From: an uncultured Chloroflexia bacterium
GTDB taxonomy: Bacteria > Chloroflexota > Limnocylindria > Limnocylindrales > CSP1-4
Assembly: GCA_963828165.1 (NCBI GenBank)
Contig: CAWHDR010000001.1
Location: 2,272,001-2,336,000, forward strand
Direction of reading: 5' to 3'
Length of the DNA: 64,000 nt
Shown one piece after another: positions 28,490 through 38,081 of this stretch. Each line of letters begins with the position of its first letter. Positions within the stretch are counted from its first letter, which is position 1. Both the position numbers and the translations under genes were made by a program. The notes under the pieces are model-generated. The model was not told where the DNA came from. It did no database searches and saw only the letters and a program-made list of their open reading frames with translations.

Positions 28490-30349
28490 ATGACCAACCG
28501 ATCGGGGATGCCCGCGCCCTCGGGCTTGTTCGGAGCCGCGCCGCGGATCCCCAAGCCCGTCCTGCTCGTCCTCGTGTACGCCATCTTCCTCGTGATCGTC
28601 GGGGTCACGGCGACGGCACAGACCGTGATGGTCTCCGCCAGCTACTCGCAGACAGCCCTGCAGTCCGTCGTCTCGACGGACGCGGCGCTCATCCGCAGCT
28701 TCGTCAACGGCAATCTCGAGCCCCAGGACCTCGACCCGGCAGGGATGACGAGGGAGCGACGCGCGGAGCTCGAGGCCCGCATCCGCCTGCTCGTCGACCG
28801 CACCGAGATCCTCCACATCGAGGTCCGGCGCCCGGACGGGACGATCGTGGCCGCAGACCGGCCCGGGCACGCCGGCACCGTTGCCGGCATGACGCCCGAC
28901 TTCCGGGCCGCGGTCGAGAAGGGATCCGTCGCAGCGAGCTTCGACCTCGCGACCAGGAGCGAGGTCGCCGGCGGCATACCCGAAACGACCGACATCCTCC
29001 GCCAGTATTTCCCTGTCCAGGCCGACGGACGCGTCCACGGCGTCGTCGGCGTGTGGCGCGACGCGGTGCCCATCCTCGCGACGCTCGGCGAGCTTCGGTC
29101 CGGGATCGTCATGACCACGCTCTCCGCGGCGCTGGTCGCAGCCGTGGTCCTGTGGATGGTGTTCCGCTCGGCCCAGCACCGGATCACGCGCCAGACCGCG
29201 GCCCTCGTCGAGGCGACGCGGCGGGATCCGCTCACCGGGCTGCTCAACCACGGCGCGCTCGTCGGCGAGCTCGCGCTCGCGATCGAGCAGGCTCGCACGG
29301 AGGATGCTGCGATCGGCATCGCGCTCGTCGACCTCGACGGCTTCCGGCTGCTCAACGAGACCTATGGCCATGCGGCAGGGGACCGAGCCCTCATGGCGGT
29401 TCGTACGCTGTTCGACGAGGAGCTCCCCCGCACCGTCGTGCGAGGACGCTACGGCCCCGATGAGTTCCTTCTGATCGCGGGCCGCCACGACGTCGCCGAG
29501 CTACTGCCTGCGCTCGAGGCGCTGCGGACGCGGCTTGCGGACCTCGTGCTCCAGTTCGATGCCTCGGAGCGTCTGCCGTTGTCGATCAGTGCCGGGATCT
29601 GCACCTATCCGGACCACGGCGGCTCGGTCACCGAACTGCTGGCGACTGCGGCGCTCACGCTCCAGGACGCGAAGGCGAGCGGCGGCGACAAGGTCCGGAT
29701 GGCCGGCATGGAATCCACGGAGGGCGAGACCCGCACGTTCGACGTGTTCCAGGGCCTGATCCTGGCGGTCGACACGAAGGACCGCTACACCAAACGGCAC
29801 TCCGAGGACGTCGCGCGGTATGCCGTGTTCCTGGGTCACCGACTTGGCCTCGAGGAGGAAGCCATCCAGACGCTCCGCGTCGCCGGCCTCCTCCACGACG
29901 TCGGCAAGATCGGCATCCCGGACCACATCCTCCGGAAGCCCGGGCGGCTGACCGAAGAGGAAAGCGTGATCGTGCAGCAGCACGTCGTGCTGGGCGACAT
30001 GATCGTCCGCGACCTGCCGAACGTGGAACTGATCCGCGCCGGCGTCCGCCACCACCACGAGCGCTGGGACGGAAACGGGTACATCGACCGCCTCGCGGGC
30101 GAAGAGATCCCGCTCGTCGCACGCATCCTGGCCGTCGGCGACACCTTCTCGGCGATGACGACGACGCGGCCATACCGCAAGGCGCTCGACATCGCGGAGG
30201 CGCTGAGGCGCCTCGAGGACTCGGCCGGGACGCAGCTCGACGAGACCCTGGTCCGCCATTTCGTCGCGGCCATCGAGACCGACGTGAACGCTCCGCTGCC
30301 GGGCAGCGACGCGGGGCGGACCTGGACGCCATACGTCCAGGTCGCCTGA
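28490..30349 (+). CDS. Membrane-anchored GGDEF-like (GPDEF) plus HD-GYP protein
   Basis: Two TM helices around an external domain; DPLTGLLN, DLDGFRLLNETYGH..GD, YGPDEF; HDVGKIG, HHERWDGNGY, RPYRK. Confidence 0.88.
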   Translation: MTNRSGMPAPSGLFGAAPRIPKPVLLVLVYAIFLVIVGVTATAQTVMVSASYSQTALQSVVSTDAALIRSFVNGNLEPQDLDPAGMTRERRAELEARIRLLVDRTEILHIEVRRPDGTIVAADRPGHAGTVAGMTPDFRAAVEKGSVAASFDLATRSEVAGGIPETTDILRQYFPVQADGRVHGVVGVWRDAVPILATLGELRSGIVMTTLSAALVAAVVLWMVFRSAQHRITRQTAALVEATRRDPLTGLLNHGALVGELALAIEQARTEDAAIGIALVDLDGFRLLNETYGHAAGDRALMAVRTLFDEELPRTVVRGRYGPDEFLLIAGRHDVAELLPALEALRTRLADLVLQFDASERLPLSISAGICTYPDHGGSVTELLATAALTLQDAKASGGDKVRMAGMESTEGETRTFDVFQGLILAVDTKDRYTKRHSEDVARYAVFLGHRLGLEEEAIQTLRVAGLLHDVGKIGIPDHILRKPGRLTEEESVIVQQHVVLGDMIVRDLPNVELIRAGVRHHHERWDGNGYIDRLAGEEIPLVARILAVGDTFSAMTTTRPYRKALDIAEALRRLEDSAGTQLDETLVRHFVAAIETDVNAPLPGSDAGRTWTPYVQVA

Positions 30350-30350
30350 C

Positions 30351-33300
30351 ATGAGGGGCCACCGCGGCACGCTGCGAACGGCGGCGCGGCGGACCGGCCG
30401 ACGTGGCCTCGTCGGCCTCCTCGCGGCGCTCGTGGCCGCGATGGCCATGCCGTCTGGGGTCTTCGCGGCGCACGACTGGTCCGTGTCGGCGTCGCCCTCG
30501 TCGGTGGTCCACAACGTCTCGACCGACGTCTCACTCAGCGTTCGCAACATCTCGACCAACGACGGCGGCGGCGACTCGATCGGCTGCGTGATCGTCACCG
30601 TGCCCAGCGCCTACACGCTGGACGCCGTGACGATCGTCTCCGTCTCGCGCGGCTTCATCTGGTCGCACTCGACCTCGAGCAACAATGGCGATGCGATCAT
30701 CACCTTCAAGGCGCAGGACGACAGCAACCGCCTGCGCGGTGCCGAGGAATACGATCAGCTGCTCGCCACCATCACCGTGACCGGGACCGTCCTTGGCACC
30801 TCGAACTGGAGCGCGACCGAGTACGAGAAGCCGGACTGTAACCAGGAGCAGCTGAGCGCGTCCCTGCCCATGACCATCAAGGCCGGCGCGAACGTCGGTC
30901 CCAGCGGTACCGCGGACGCGTACACGGTGGTGGCGGGCTCCACCCGGACCGTGGCCGCGCCGGGTGTGCTGGCGAACGACAGCGACGGCGACGGTGACGT
31001 CATCTCGGCGGTGCTCGCGACCGACGTGTCGTCGGGGACCCTGTCCCTGGCCAGCGACGGCGGGTTCGCCTACACACCGGACGCCGGCTTCGTCGGCACG
31101 GACTCGTTCACCTACCAGGTCAGCGACGGGACCGTACTCAGCTCAGCCGTGACCGCCACCATCGACGTGACCAACACCGCTCCGGCCACCGCGGCCGATG
31201 CATACGCAGCACAGAAGAACGTGCTGCTCACGGTGCCCGCAGGATCGGGCGTGCTGGCGAACGATAACGACGCCGACGGCCACGCACTCTCGGCCGCGGT
31301 CGTGTCCGCCCCGGCATCCGGCACCCTGGCACTCGCCGCGGACGGCAGCTTCACCTACGACCCGGCCCTGAGCGTGACTGGTGACGTGACGTTCACCTAC
31401 GAGACCTTCGATGGCTATGACACGAGCGCACCGGAGACGGTCACCATCTCGCTGACGAACGACGCACCGGTCGCGGAAGATGATGGCTACGCGACCCACA
31501 TGAACGACCCGATCGTCGAGGGTGCTCCGGGCGTGCTCGCGAACGACACCGATGCCAACGCCGACGGGCTCACCGCGGAACTCGTCTCGACGACCACGTC
31601 CGGGCTCCTGCTGCTCGCGCCCGACGGATCCTTCACCTACATGCCGAATATCTTCTGGGTGGGCACCGATACGTTCACGTACCGGGTCTCGGACGGCAGC
31701 GCCTGGTCGGCAGCGGCCACGGTCACGATCGCGGTATCCAACGGCACGCCGACGGCGGTCGACGACGCCGCCACGACCGTGCACGACACGTCGGTGGGTG
31801 GGAACGTCCTCGACAACGACCTCGACCCCGACGACGACCCGCTGTCCGCCAGCCTCGTGACCGACGTCGCGTCGGGGACGCTCACGCTCGCCGGCGACGG
31901 ATCGTGGAGCTATACGCCGGATGCCGGCTTCGTCGGGACCGATTCGTTCACGTACGACGTGACCGATGGCGAGGCGGTGTCGAACGCTGCGACCGTGACG
32001 ATCGACGTAACGAACGCGACGCCCCTCGCTGGCGACGACGCCGCCGCCGTCCATCACGGCGAGACGCTCACCGTTGCGGCTCCCGGGGTCCTCGGCGACG
32101 ACACCGACGCCGACGGTGACGCGCTCGTCGTGGACCTTGTCGCCGACGTTGCCGACGGCACGCTGACCCTCGACGCCGACGGCGGCTACGTATACGTGCC
32201 GGACCCGGGCTTCGTCGGCACGGATGCCTTCACGTACACGGCCACCGACGGTATCGCGACCTCTGCGACGGCGACGGTGACGATCGACGTCACGGACGCC
32301 GCGCCGACCGCCGGCGACGACGCCTGGTCGGTCTCGCATGACCACACCCTCGTCGTCGCGCCACCCGGCGTCCTCGCTGACGATGGGGACGCAGACGCAG
32401 ACGCGCTGACGGCCTCGCTGGTCGCTGGCCCATCGAACGGCAGCCTGTCCGGCGGCGCGATCGGCGAGGACGGGGGCTTCACGTACACGGCTGATCCGTC
32501 GTTCGTCGGGACCGACACGTTCACCTACCAGGTCTCGGACGGTGCGCTGACGGCGACGGCTACGGTCACCATCGACGTGACGAACGCAGGACCGGTCGCG
32601 AACGACGATGCGCTGGCCGCGCATCACCGCGGCACCGCGACGGGGACGGCGCCGGGTGTGCTGGCCAACGACACCGATGCCGACGGCGACCCCCTGGATG
32701 CGGTCGTGGTCGACGATGTCGACCATGGCACCCTGGTCCTCGCGGCCGCCGGCTCGTGGGGATATACGCCGCACGCGGGCTTCGTGGGCACCGACAGCTT
32801 CACGTACACCGTGACGGACGGACTCGCGACGTCGGCGCCGGCGACCGTGACCATCACCGTGGGCGACACCGCACCGAGCGCCGTCGACGACAGCTGGACG
32901 GTCGTGCACGACCGGACGCTCACGATCCCGGCGCCCGGGGTCATCGCGAACGACGACGATGCGGATGGCGATCCCCTGGTCGTCTCGCTGGCGACTGCCC
33001 CCGCGCACGGTACGGTCATCCTCGGCTCGGCCGGTGGGTTCACCTACGTGCCGGACGCCGGATACGTCGGAGCGGACGGCTTCACCTACACGCTGACGGA
33101 CGGGGCGATGACCGACAGCGCGGTCGTGGCCATCGACGTCGTGAACCTGAGCCCGGTCGCGGTGCCGGACGCCTACGAGGTCACGAGTGGTGCTGCGACG
33201 ACGGTCGGTGCCGCGCAGGGCGTCCTCGCCAACGACAGCGACCCGGACGGCGACACTGTCACCGCCACCTGGGCCTCCGGCCCGGCCAACGGCACGCTCA

Positions 33301-33983
33301 CCCTGCTGCCAGACGGCAGCTTCACCTACACGTCAGATCCGGGCTTCGTCGGCACCGACTCGTTCACGTACCGACCGACCGACGGCGTCGCCTTCGCAGG
33401 CGCGGTGACCGTCACGGTCGTCGTCAAGGAGGTCCCCACGCCGGGGCCGACCCCGGGGCCCACGCCCACGCCCACACCGACGCCGACGCCGACGTCGGCG
33501 CCTGCGCCGACCCCGACCGCGTCGCCGCCGCCCGATGACAGCGCGCAACCCGGGCCCGATCCGACTTCCGCCCCGACCCCGTCGCCAGATCAGGAGGAGC
33601 CGACTCCGGAGCCGAGCCCCTCCCCGGCCGCGGTGCCGAGCCCCGTGCCGAGCGCATCACCGCAACCGCCGGTCGTGCCACCGCCCGATCCACCGCTGGA
33701 GGGCGGTGGGGACGGTCCGTGGTCGATCGGGTCCGGTGAGGAGGGCGCCGGTGGGACGGACCTGCCGATCGCGAATCTCGCGGCGAGTCTGCTCGGGCTG
33801 TTCGGTCAGGCGTTCGACTGGCTCGTGCCGGGCGCGCTGGTCGGGATGCCCGGCCTGCTGCTGCTTGGAGCCGTGTTTGCCCAGACGTTCGGGGCGTTCG
33901 CGTGGCTGCCTCTGGTCCGCCGGAAGATCGGCGGTTTCGGCTTCGGGGAGCGCCAGGGCAGCGGTGTGCCACACTCGAGCTGA
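30351..33983 (+). CDS. Large surface protein with nine ~95-aa Ig/cadherin-like repeats, Pro/Thr linker and C-terminal TM anchor
   Basis: Signal-peptide-like N-terminus; nine GV(L/I)xND-D-DGD...G-FTY-P..GFVG-D-FTY-type units; PT-rich stalk; hydrophobic segment ending in RRK. Confidence 0.88.
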   Translation: MRGHRGTLRTAARRTGRRGLVGLLAALVAAMAMPSGVFAAHDWSVSASPSSVVHNVSTDVSLSVRNISTNDGGGDSIGCVIVTVPSAYTLDAVTIVSVSRGFIWSHSTSSNNGDAIITFKAQDDSNRLRGAEEYDQLLATITVTGTVLGTSNWSATEYEKPDCNQEQLSASLPMTIKAGANVGPSGTADAYTVVAGSTRTVAAPGVLANDSDGDGDVISAVLATDVSSGTLSLASDGGFAYTPDAGFVGTDSFTYQVSDGTVLSSAVTATIDVTNTAPATAADAYAAQKNVLLTVPAGSGVLANDNDADGHALSAAVVSAPASGTLALAADGSFTYDPALSVTGDVTFTYETFDGYDTSAPETVTISLTNDAPVAEDDGYATHMNDPIVEGAPGVLANDTDANADGLTAELVSTTTSGLLLLAPDGSFTYMPNIFWVGTDTFTYRVSDGSAWSAAATVTIAVSNGTPTAVDDAATTVHDTSVGGNVLDNDLDPDDDPLSASLVTDVASGTLTLAGDGSWSYTPDAGFVGTDSFTYDVTDGEAVSNAATVTIDVTNATPLAGDDAAAVHHGETLTVAAPGVLGDDTDADGDALVVDLVADVADGTLTLDADGGYVYVPDPGFVGTDAFTYTATDGIATSATATVTIDVTDAAPTAGDDAWSVSHDHTLVVAPPGVLADDGDADADALTASLVAGPSNGSLSGGAIGEDGGFTYTADPSFVGTDTFTYQVSDGALTATATVTIDVTNAGPVANDDALAAHHRGTATGTAPGVLANDTDADGDPLDAVVVDDVDHGTLVLAAAGSWGYTPHAGFVGTDSFTYTVTDGLATSAPATVTITVGDTAPSAVDDSWTVVHDRTLTIPAPGVIANDDDADGDPLVVSLATAPAHGTVILGSAGGFTYVPDAGYVGADGFTYTLTDGAMTDSAVVAIDVVNLSPVAVPDAYEVTSGAATTVGAAQGVLANDSDPDGDTVTATWASGPANGTLTLLPDGSFTYTSDPGFVGTDSFTYRPTDGVAFAGAVTVTVVVKEVPTPGPTPGPTPTPTPTPTPTSAPAPTPTASPPPDDSAQPGPDPTSAPTPSPDQEEPTPEPSPSPAAVPSPVPSASPQPPVVPPPDPPLEGGGDGPWSIGSGEEGAGGTDLPIANLAASLLGLFGQAFDWLVPGALVGMPGLLLLGAVFAQTFGAFAWLPLVRRKIGGFGFGERQGSGVPHSS

Positions 33984-34115
33984 CTCGAACGCCACGCACG
34001 TCAGCGCTGACACCGTCGCTCTCGCGCGCGTAGGTGACCGCCGCGCTCGGACGCCAGCGGCTTGACGGGTCCGATCTCCGATCATGCCTGTTCGTCACGA
34101 CGTGGAGGTGCCGGT

Positions 34116-34322
34116 TTGACGGGTCCGCCCGAGGCCGCTGCGGGCAGGACCGGCCCGCAGCCCGGCCTGTGCGGCGTGTGTCGCCACTCGCGGCTGATCC
34201 GGACCGCCCGAGGCTCGATCTTCCGGCTGTGCGAGCGCTCGGCCTCCGATCCTCGATTCCCGCGCTACCCCAACCTCCCGGTCGTGCAGTGCGTCGGCTT
34301 CGAGCCGGCGCTCGGGCCCTGA
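34116..34322 (+). CDS. Small Cys-rich protein (68 aa)
   Basis: GGAGG RBS then TTG; GLCGVCRH...FRLCERS..DPRFPRYPNLPVVQCVGF. Confidence 0.7.
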   Translation: MTGPPEAAAGRTGPQPGLCGVCRHSRLIRTARGSIFRLCERSASDPRFPRYPNLPVVQCVGFEPALGP

Positions 34323-34405
34323 CCGCCAGGATGACGTGCCGTGGGACCATCGTCGCTTGACGCCCGCCGGTGAGCCTGCCATCCTCCGCCGACATCACGA
34401 AGAAC

Positions 34406-34697
34406 GGGCTGTGAACGGGACGAGTACACGTCGAGCGTCGGCAGAGAGACCCGGTGGCTGGTGGAAACCGGGGCGACGACGGCAGGGAATGGACCCGGGA
34501 GCCTCCGGACCGAACGCGACGGCCGCACGCGCGGCACCAGCCAGTAGGCTCCGGCGCAGAGCGCCAGCGATACAGGGCAGCGCCGATCGCCAGGTCCCAC
34601 GACCGGGCCGTCGGTCACGCAGAGTGCGGCATCGCCGAATGAGGGTGGCACCGCGGAAGGCACGACCTTTCGTCCCGGGACGATAAGGTCGTTTCTG
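34406..34697 (+). promoter_or_regulatory. Trp T-box riboswitch with terminator
   Basis: Stem I with GAGTA, AGAGAGA and GCTG boxes; specifier GAA-TGG (34490-34492); T-box AATGAGGGTGGCACCGCG (34638); terminator ACGACCTTTCGTCCC/GGGACGATAAGGTCGT-TTCT. Confidence 0.92.
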
Positions 34698-34714
34698 ATT
34701 CTCGAGGCCGAGCG

Positions 34715-36355
34715 ATGAGCACCGCCGATCCGATCAGCCTGACGCAGGCCAAGCGATACGCCGCCAACGCCGACACGATCCTGCTGCGCGCGACGCGCCC
34801 GGCCGACCTCGAGACGCCCATCGGCGCGTTCCTCCGCCTCGACGACGGTGGTCCGGCCTACCTCCTCGAGTCGGTCGAGGGGGGCGAGCGGCTCGGCCGC
34901 TATTCGTTCCTGGGCGTCGGTCCGCGCCGACTGCTCGAGGTGCGCGACGGCGAGGCCCGCATCCAGACCCGACCCGTCACGGTCCCGACCTACACGCCGG
35001 ACCTGCCGTTCCACACGGTCGATGGTGGCGACCCGCTGGCCGCGATCCGCGCCTTCGTCCCACGCCGCCGCGTCCAGCCGACCGAGGGGATGCCGCGATT
35101 CACGGGCGGCGCGGTGGGCGCCCTTGCGTACGACGCGAGCTCCATGTTCGAGCCGTCCGTGCCGCTGCCCGAGCACGACCCGGTCGGCGTGCCGACCGCG
35201 GCGTTCATCGAGACCGACCTCGTGCTCGTCTTCGACCACCTCACCCACACGCTCTCGGCCATCGCCTCGCTCCACACCGAGCCCGCCGACCTCGAGGGCC
35301 GCTACAAGATCGCCGAGGCCGCCATCTTCGAGGCGCTCGAGCGCACGTCACGTCCGAGCGCGGCCGAACTGCGCGGCCCGGCCGCGCGTCCCGCGTCCGG
35401 CACCACGATCGCGGGACCGATCGACACGAGCCTCGGCCGCGAGGAGTACATGCACGCCGTCGAGGTCGCGAAGGACGCGATCGCCTCGGGCGAGGCCATC
35501 CAGGTCGTGCTGGCGCGCCGGCAGTCGTTCGACCTGCCGCTCGATCCTGCGACGGGCGCCGCCCTCGACGGGATCGGGCTGTACCGGTCACTGCGGCGCG
35601 TCAACCCCAGCCCGTACCTGTTCTTCGTGCGCACCCCCACCTTCGAGGTCGTGGGTGCCTCCCCGGAGCTGCTCCTGCAGGCAGAGGGCGACAAGCTCAC
35701 GACCCACCCCATCGCCGGCACCCGGCCGCGCGGCGCCGACGAGCGCGAGGACGCGCTGCTCGCGGAGCAACTCCAGCGCGACCCCAAGGAACGCGCCGAG
35801 CACGTGATGCTCGTCGACCTCGGCCGCAACGATCTCGGGCGCGTGTCGCGGGCGGGCACCGTGACCGTCAGCAAGTACATGGAGGTCGAGCGCTACAGCC
35901 ACGTCCTCCATCTCGTCTCGCACGTCGAGGGGCGGCTGAAGCCGGAGCTCGATGCGCTCGACGCGCTCAAGGCGGTGTTCCCCGCGGGCACGCTGTCGGG
36001 CGCGCCCAAGGTCCGCGCCATGCAGCTGATCGCCGCCGCTGAGGGCGAGCGGCGCGGGCTGTACGGTGGGGCCGTGGGCTACCTCGGCTACGACGGCAAC
36101 CTCGACACGGCGATCACGATCCGGAGCGCGGTCCTCAAGGACGGCCAGGCACACGTGCACACGGGCGCGGGCATCGTGGCAGGCTCCGTGCCGGAATCGG
36201 AATTCGAGGAGACCGAGCACAAGGCGGCGGCGCTGCGCCGGGCGATCGAGATGGCCGCCGGCGTCCCGGAGACACCGCGCCCTGGCTCGACCGCAGTGGC
36301 GGACGCCGATGCCGACACGGAGGCTGCGCCGGCATCGTCGGGCGTCCCGTCATGA
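34715..36355 (+). CDS. trpE: Anthranilate synthase component I
   Basis: LLESVEGG, GRYSFLG, NPSPY, PIAGTRPRG, KERAEHVMLVDLGRND, PAGTLSGAPKVRAM. Confidence 0.95.
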   Translation: MSTADPISLTQAKRYAANADTILLRATRPADLETPIGAFLRLDDGGPAYLLESVEGGERLGRYSFLGVGPRRLLEVRDGEARIQTRPVTVPTYTPDLPFHTVDGGDPLAAIRAFVPRRRVQPTEGMPRFTGGAVGALAYDASSMFEPSVPLPEHDPVGVPTAAFIETDLVLVFDHLTHTLSAIASLHTEPADLEGRYKIAEAAIFEALERTSRPSAAELRGPAARPASGTTIAGPIDTSLGREEYMHAVEVAKDAIASGEAIQVVLARRQSFDLPLDPATGAALDGIGLYRSLRRVNPSPYLFFVRTPTFEVVGASPELLLQAEGDKLTTHPIAGTRPRGADEREDALLAEQLQRDPKERAEHVMLVDLGRNDLGRVSRAGTVTVSKYMEVERYSHVLHLVSHVEGRLKPELDALDALKAVFPAGTLSGAPKVRAMQLIAAAEGERRGLYGGAVGYLGYDGNLDTAITIRSAVLKDGQAHVHTGAGIVAGSVPESEFEETEHKAAALRRAIEMAAGVPETPRPGSTAVADADADTEAAPASSGVPS

Positions 36356-37017
36356 TCCTCGTGGTCGACAACTACGACAGCTTCACGTTCAACCTGGTGC
36401 AGGCACTCCAGGCCGCCGGCGCGGATGTCCGTGTGCTGCGCAACGACGCCATCGATCGGGCCGGCGTGGAGGCCCTTGCCGACGACCCCGAGGCGCACCT
36501 GCGCGGGATCGTCATCTCACCGGGACCCGGCGACCCGGACGCCGCCGGCGTCTCGGTCGATACGATCAAGGTCGCCGCCGAGCGGAAGCTCCCGCTCCTC
36601 GGCGTGTGCCTCGGCATGCAGTCGATGGCCGCGGCCTACGGCGCCACCATCGTGCGGGCGCCGACCCTCGTCCACGGCGAGGCATCCGAGGTGACCCACG
36701 ACGGGACGGGCCTGCTCGAGGGGATGCCGCCCTCGTTCATGGCCGCCCGATATCACTCGCTGGCGATCGATCCGGCGACGCTGCCCCCGGAGCTGCGAGT
36801 GACGGCGATGAGTGAGGTCGATCGGGTGATCATGGGAATCCGCCACGTCGCCCTGCCGATGGAGGGCGTCCAGTTCCACCCCGAGAGCGTGCTGACCCCG
36901 CAGGGTCCGCACCTGCTCGCGAACTTCCTGCGCCAGGCCGGGGAAGGCGAGGCGTCACTCCTGGACGACGCGACCGGATCGTTCGCGACCGCGGGCCTCG
37001 CGGAGACGGGGCCGTGA
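36352..37017 (+). CDS. trpG: Anthranilate synthase glutamine amidotransferase component
   Basis: DNYDSFTFNL, ISPGPG, GVCLG, RYHSL, QFHPES. Confidence 0.95.
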   Translation: MILVVDNYDSFTFNLVQALQAAGADVRVLRNDAIDRAGVEALADDPEAHLRGIVISPGPGDPDAAGVSVDTIKVAAERKLPLLGVCLGMQSMAAAYGATIVRAPTLVHGEASEVTHDGTGLLEGMPPSFMAARYHSLAIDPATLPPELRVTAMSEVDRVIMGIRHVALPMEGVQFHPESVLTPQGPHLLANFLRQAGEGEASLLDDATGSFATAGLAETGP

Positions 37018-38081
37018 GCGAGCACGTCCGAACCGCCCTCACGACGATCGTCGAAGGCGGCACTTTGACCCTGGACGAGGCGCGCCTGGCGATGGGCGCC
37101 GTGATGGACGGCGATGCGACGCCAGCCCAGCTGGCAGCGCTGCTGATGGGGCTGCGGATGCGCGGCGAGACCGTCGACGAGCTGGCCGGCTTCGCGACTG
37201 CCATGCGCGAGCGGGTCGTGCGCGTCGAGGCGCCCGAGGGGACCGTGGACGTCGTCGGCACCGGTGGCGATGGAAGCGGCACGTTCAACATCTCGTCGGC
37301 CTCCGCGCTGGTGCTCGCCGCCGCCGGCGTTCCGGTGGCCAAGCACGGGAACCGGGCGATCACCTCGAAGGCGGGCTCGGCGGACGTGCTCGATGCGCTC
37401 GGGATCCGGATCGATCACGACGCGACGTCCGCGGCCGCCGCCCTCGGCGAGCTCGGCTTCGCGTTCCTGTTCGCCCCGAACTTCCACCCGGCGATGCGCC
37501 ATGCGGGCCCGACCCGCAAGGAGATCGGGGTGCGGACGGCGTTCAACCTTCTCGGACCACTCACGAACCCCGCCGGCACGCGCCGGCAGCTGCTCGGCGT
37601 CGGCGATGCCGGGGCCGCGGGCCGGTTCGCGGAGGTGGTCCATCGACTGGGTACGGAGCGGACGCTCGTGGTCCATGGAGCGGGGGTCGACGAGCTGCCG
37701 CTCGACGGCACGGGCGTCGTCTACGACGTGACGACGGACGGCGTCGAGCAGCGCTTCGTCGACGCCGAGGCGCTCGGCCTGCGGCCGGCCGCGACCTCGA
37801 AGCTCGCCGGTGGCGATGCGGCCACGAACGCGCGCTACGTGGAAGCCGTCCTTCGCGGCGAGCCCGGGGCGCGGCGGGACGTGGTGCTGCTCAACGCCGG
37901 AGCCGCGTTCATCGCCGCGGGCTCGGTCGAGACGCTCGAGGACGGCCTCGAGCGGGCGGCGCTGACCATCGATGCCGGGCTGACCGCCGAGCTTCTCGGT
38001 CGGCTCCGGGCGGAGCGCACGGCGGCCGAAGCGGCGACGAAGGCCACCACCGCCCCATCCGAGGCCGGGGCGCCGGCATGA
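37014..38081 (+). CDS. trpD: Anthranilate phosphoribosyltransferase
   Basis: GTGGDG, FNISS, KHGNR, GSADVL, FNLLGPLTNP. Confidence 0.96.
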   Translation: MSEHVRTALTTIVEGGTLTLDEARLAMGAVMDGDATPAQLAALLMGLRMRGETVDELAGFATAMRERVVRVEAPEGTVDVVGTGGDGSGTFNISSASALVLAAAGVPVAKHGNRAITSKAGSADVLDALGIRIDHDATSAAAALGELGFAFLFAPNFHPAMRHAGPTRKEIGVRTAFNLLGPLTNPAGTRRQLLGVGDAGAAGRFAEVVHRLGTERTLVVHGAGVDELPLDGTGVVYDVTTDGVEQRFVDAEALGLRPAATSKLAGGDAATNARYVEAVLRGEPGARRDVVLLNAGAAFIAAGSVETLEDGLERAALTIDAGLTAELLGRLRAERTAAEAATKATTAPSEAGAPA

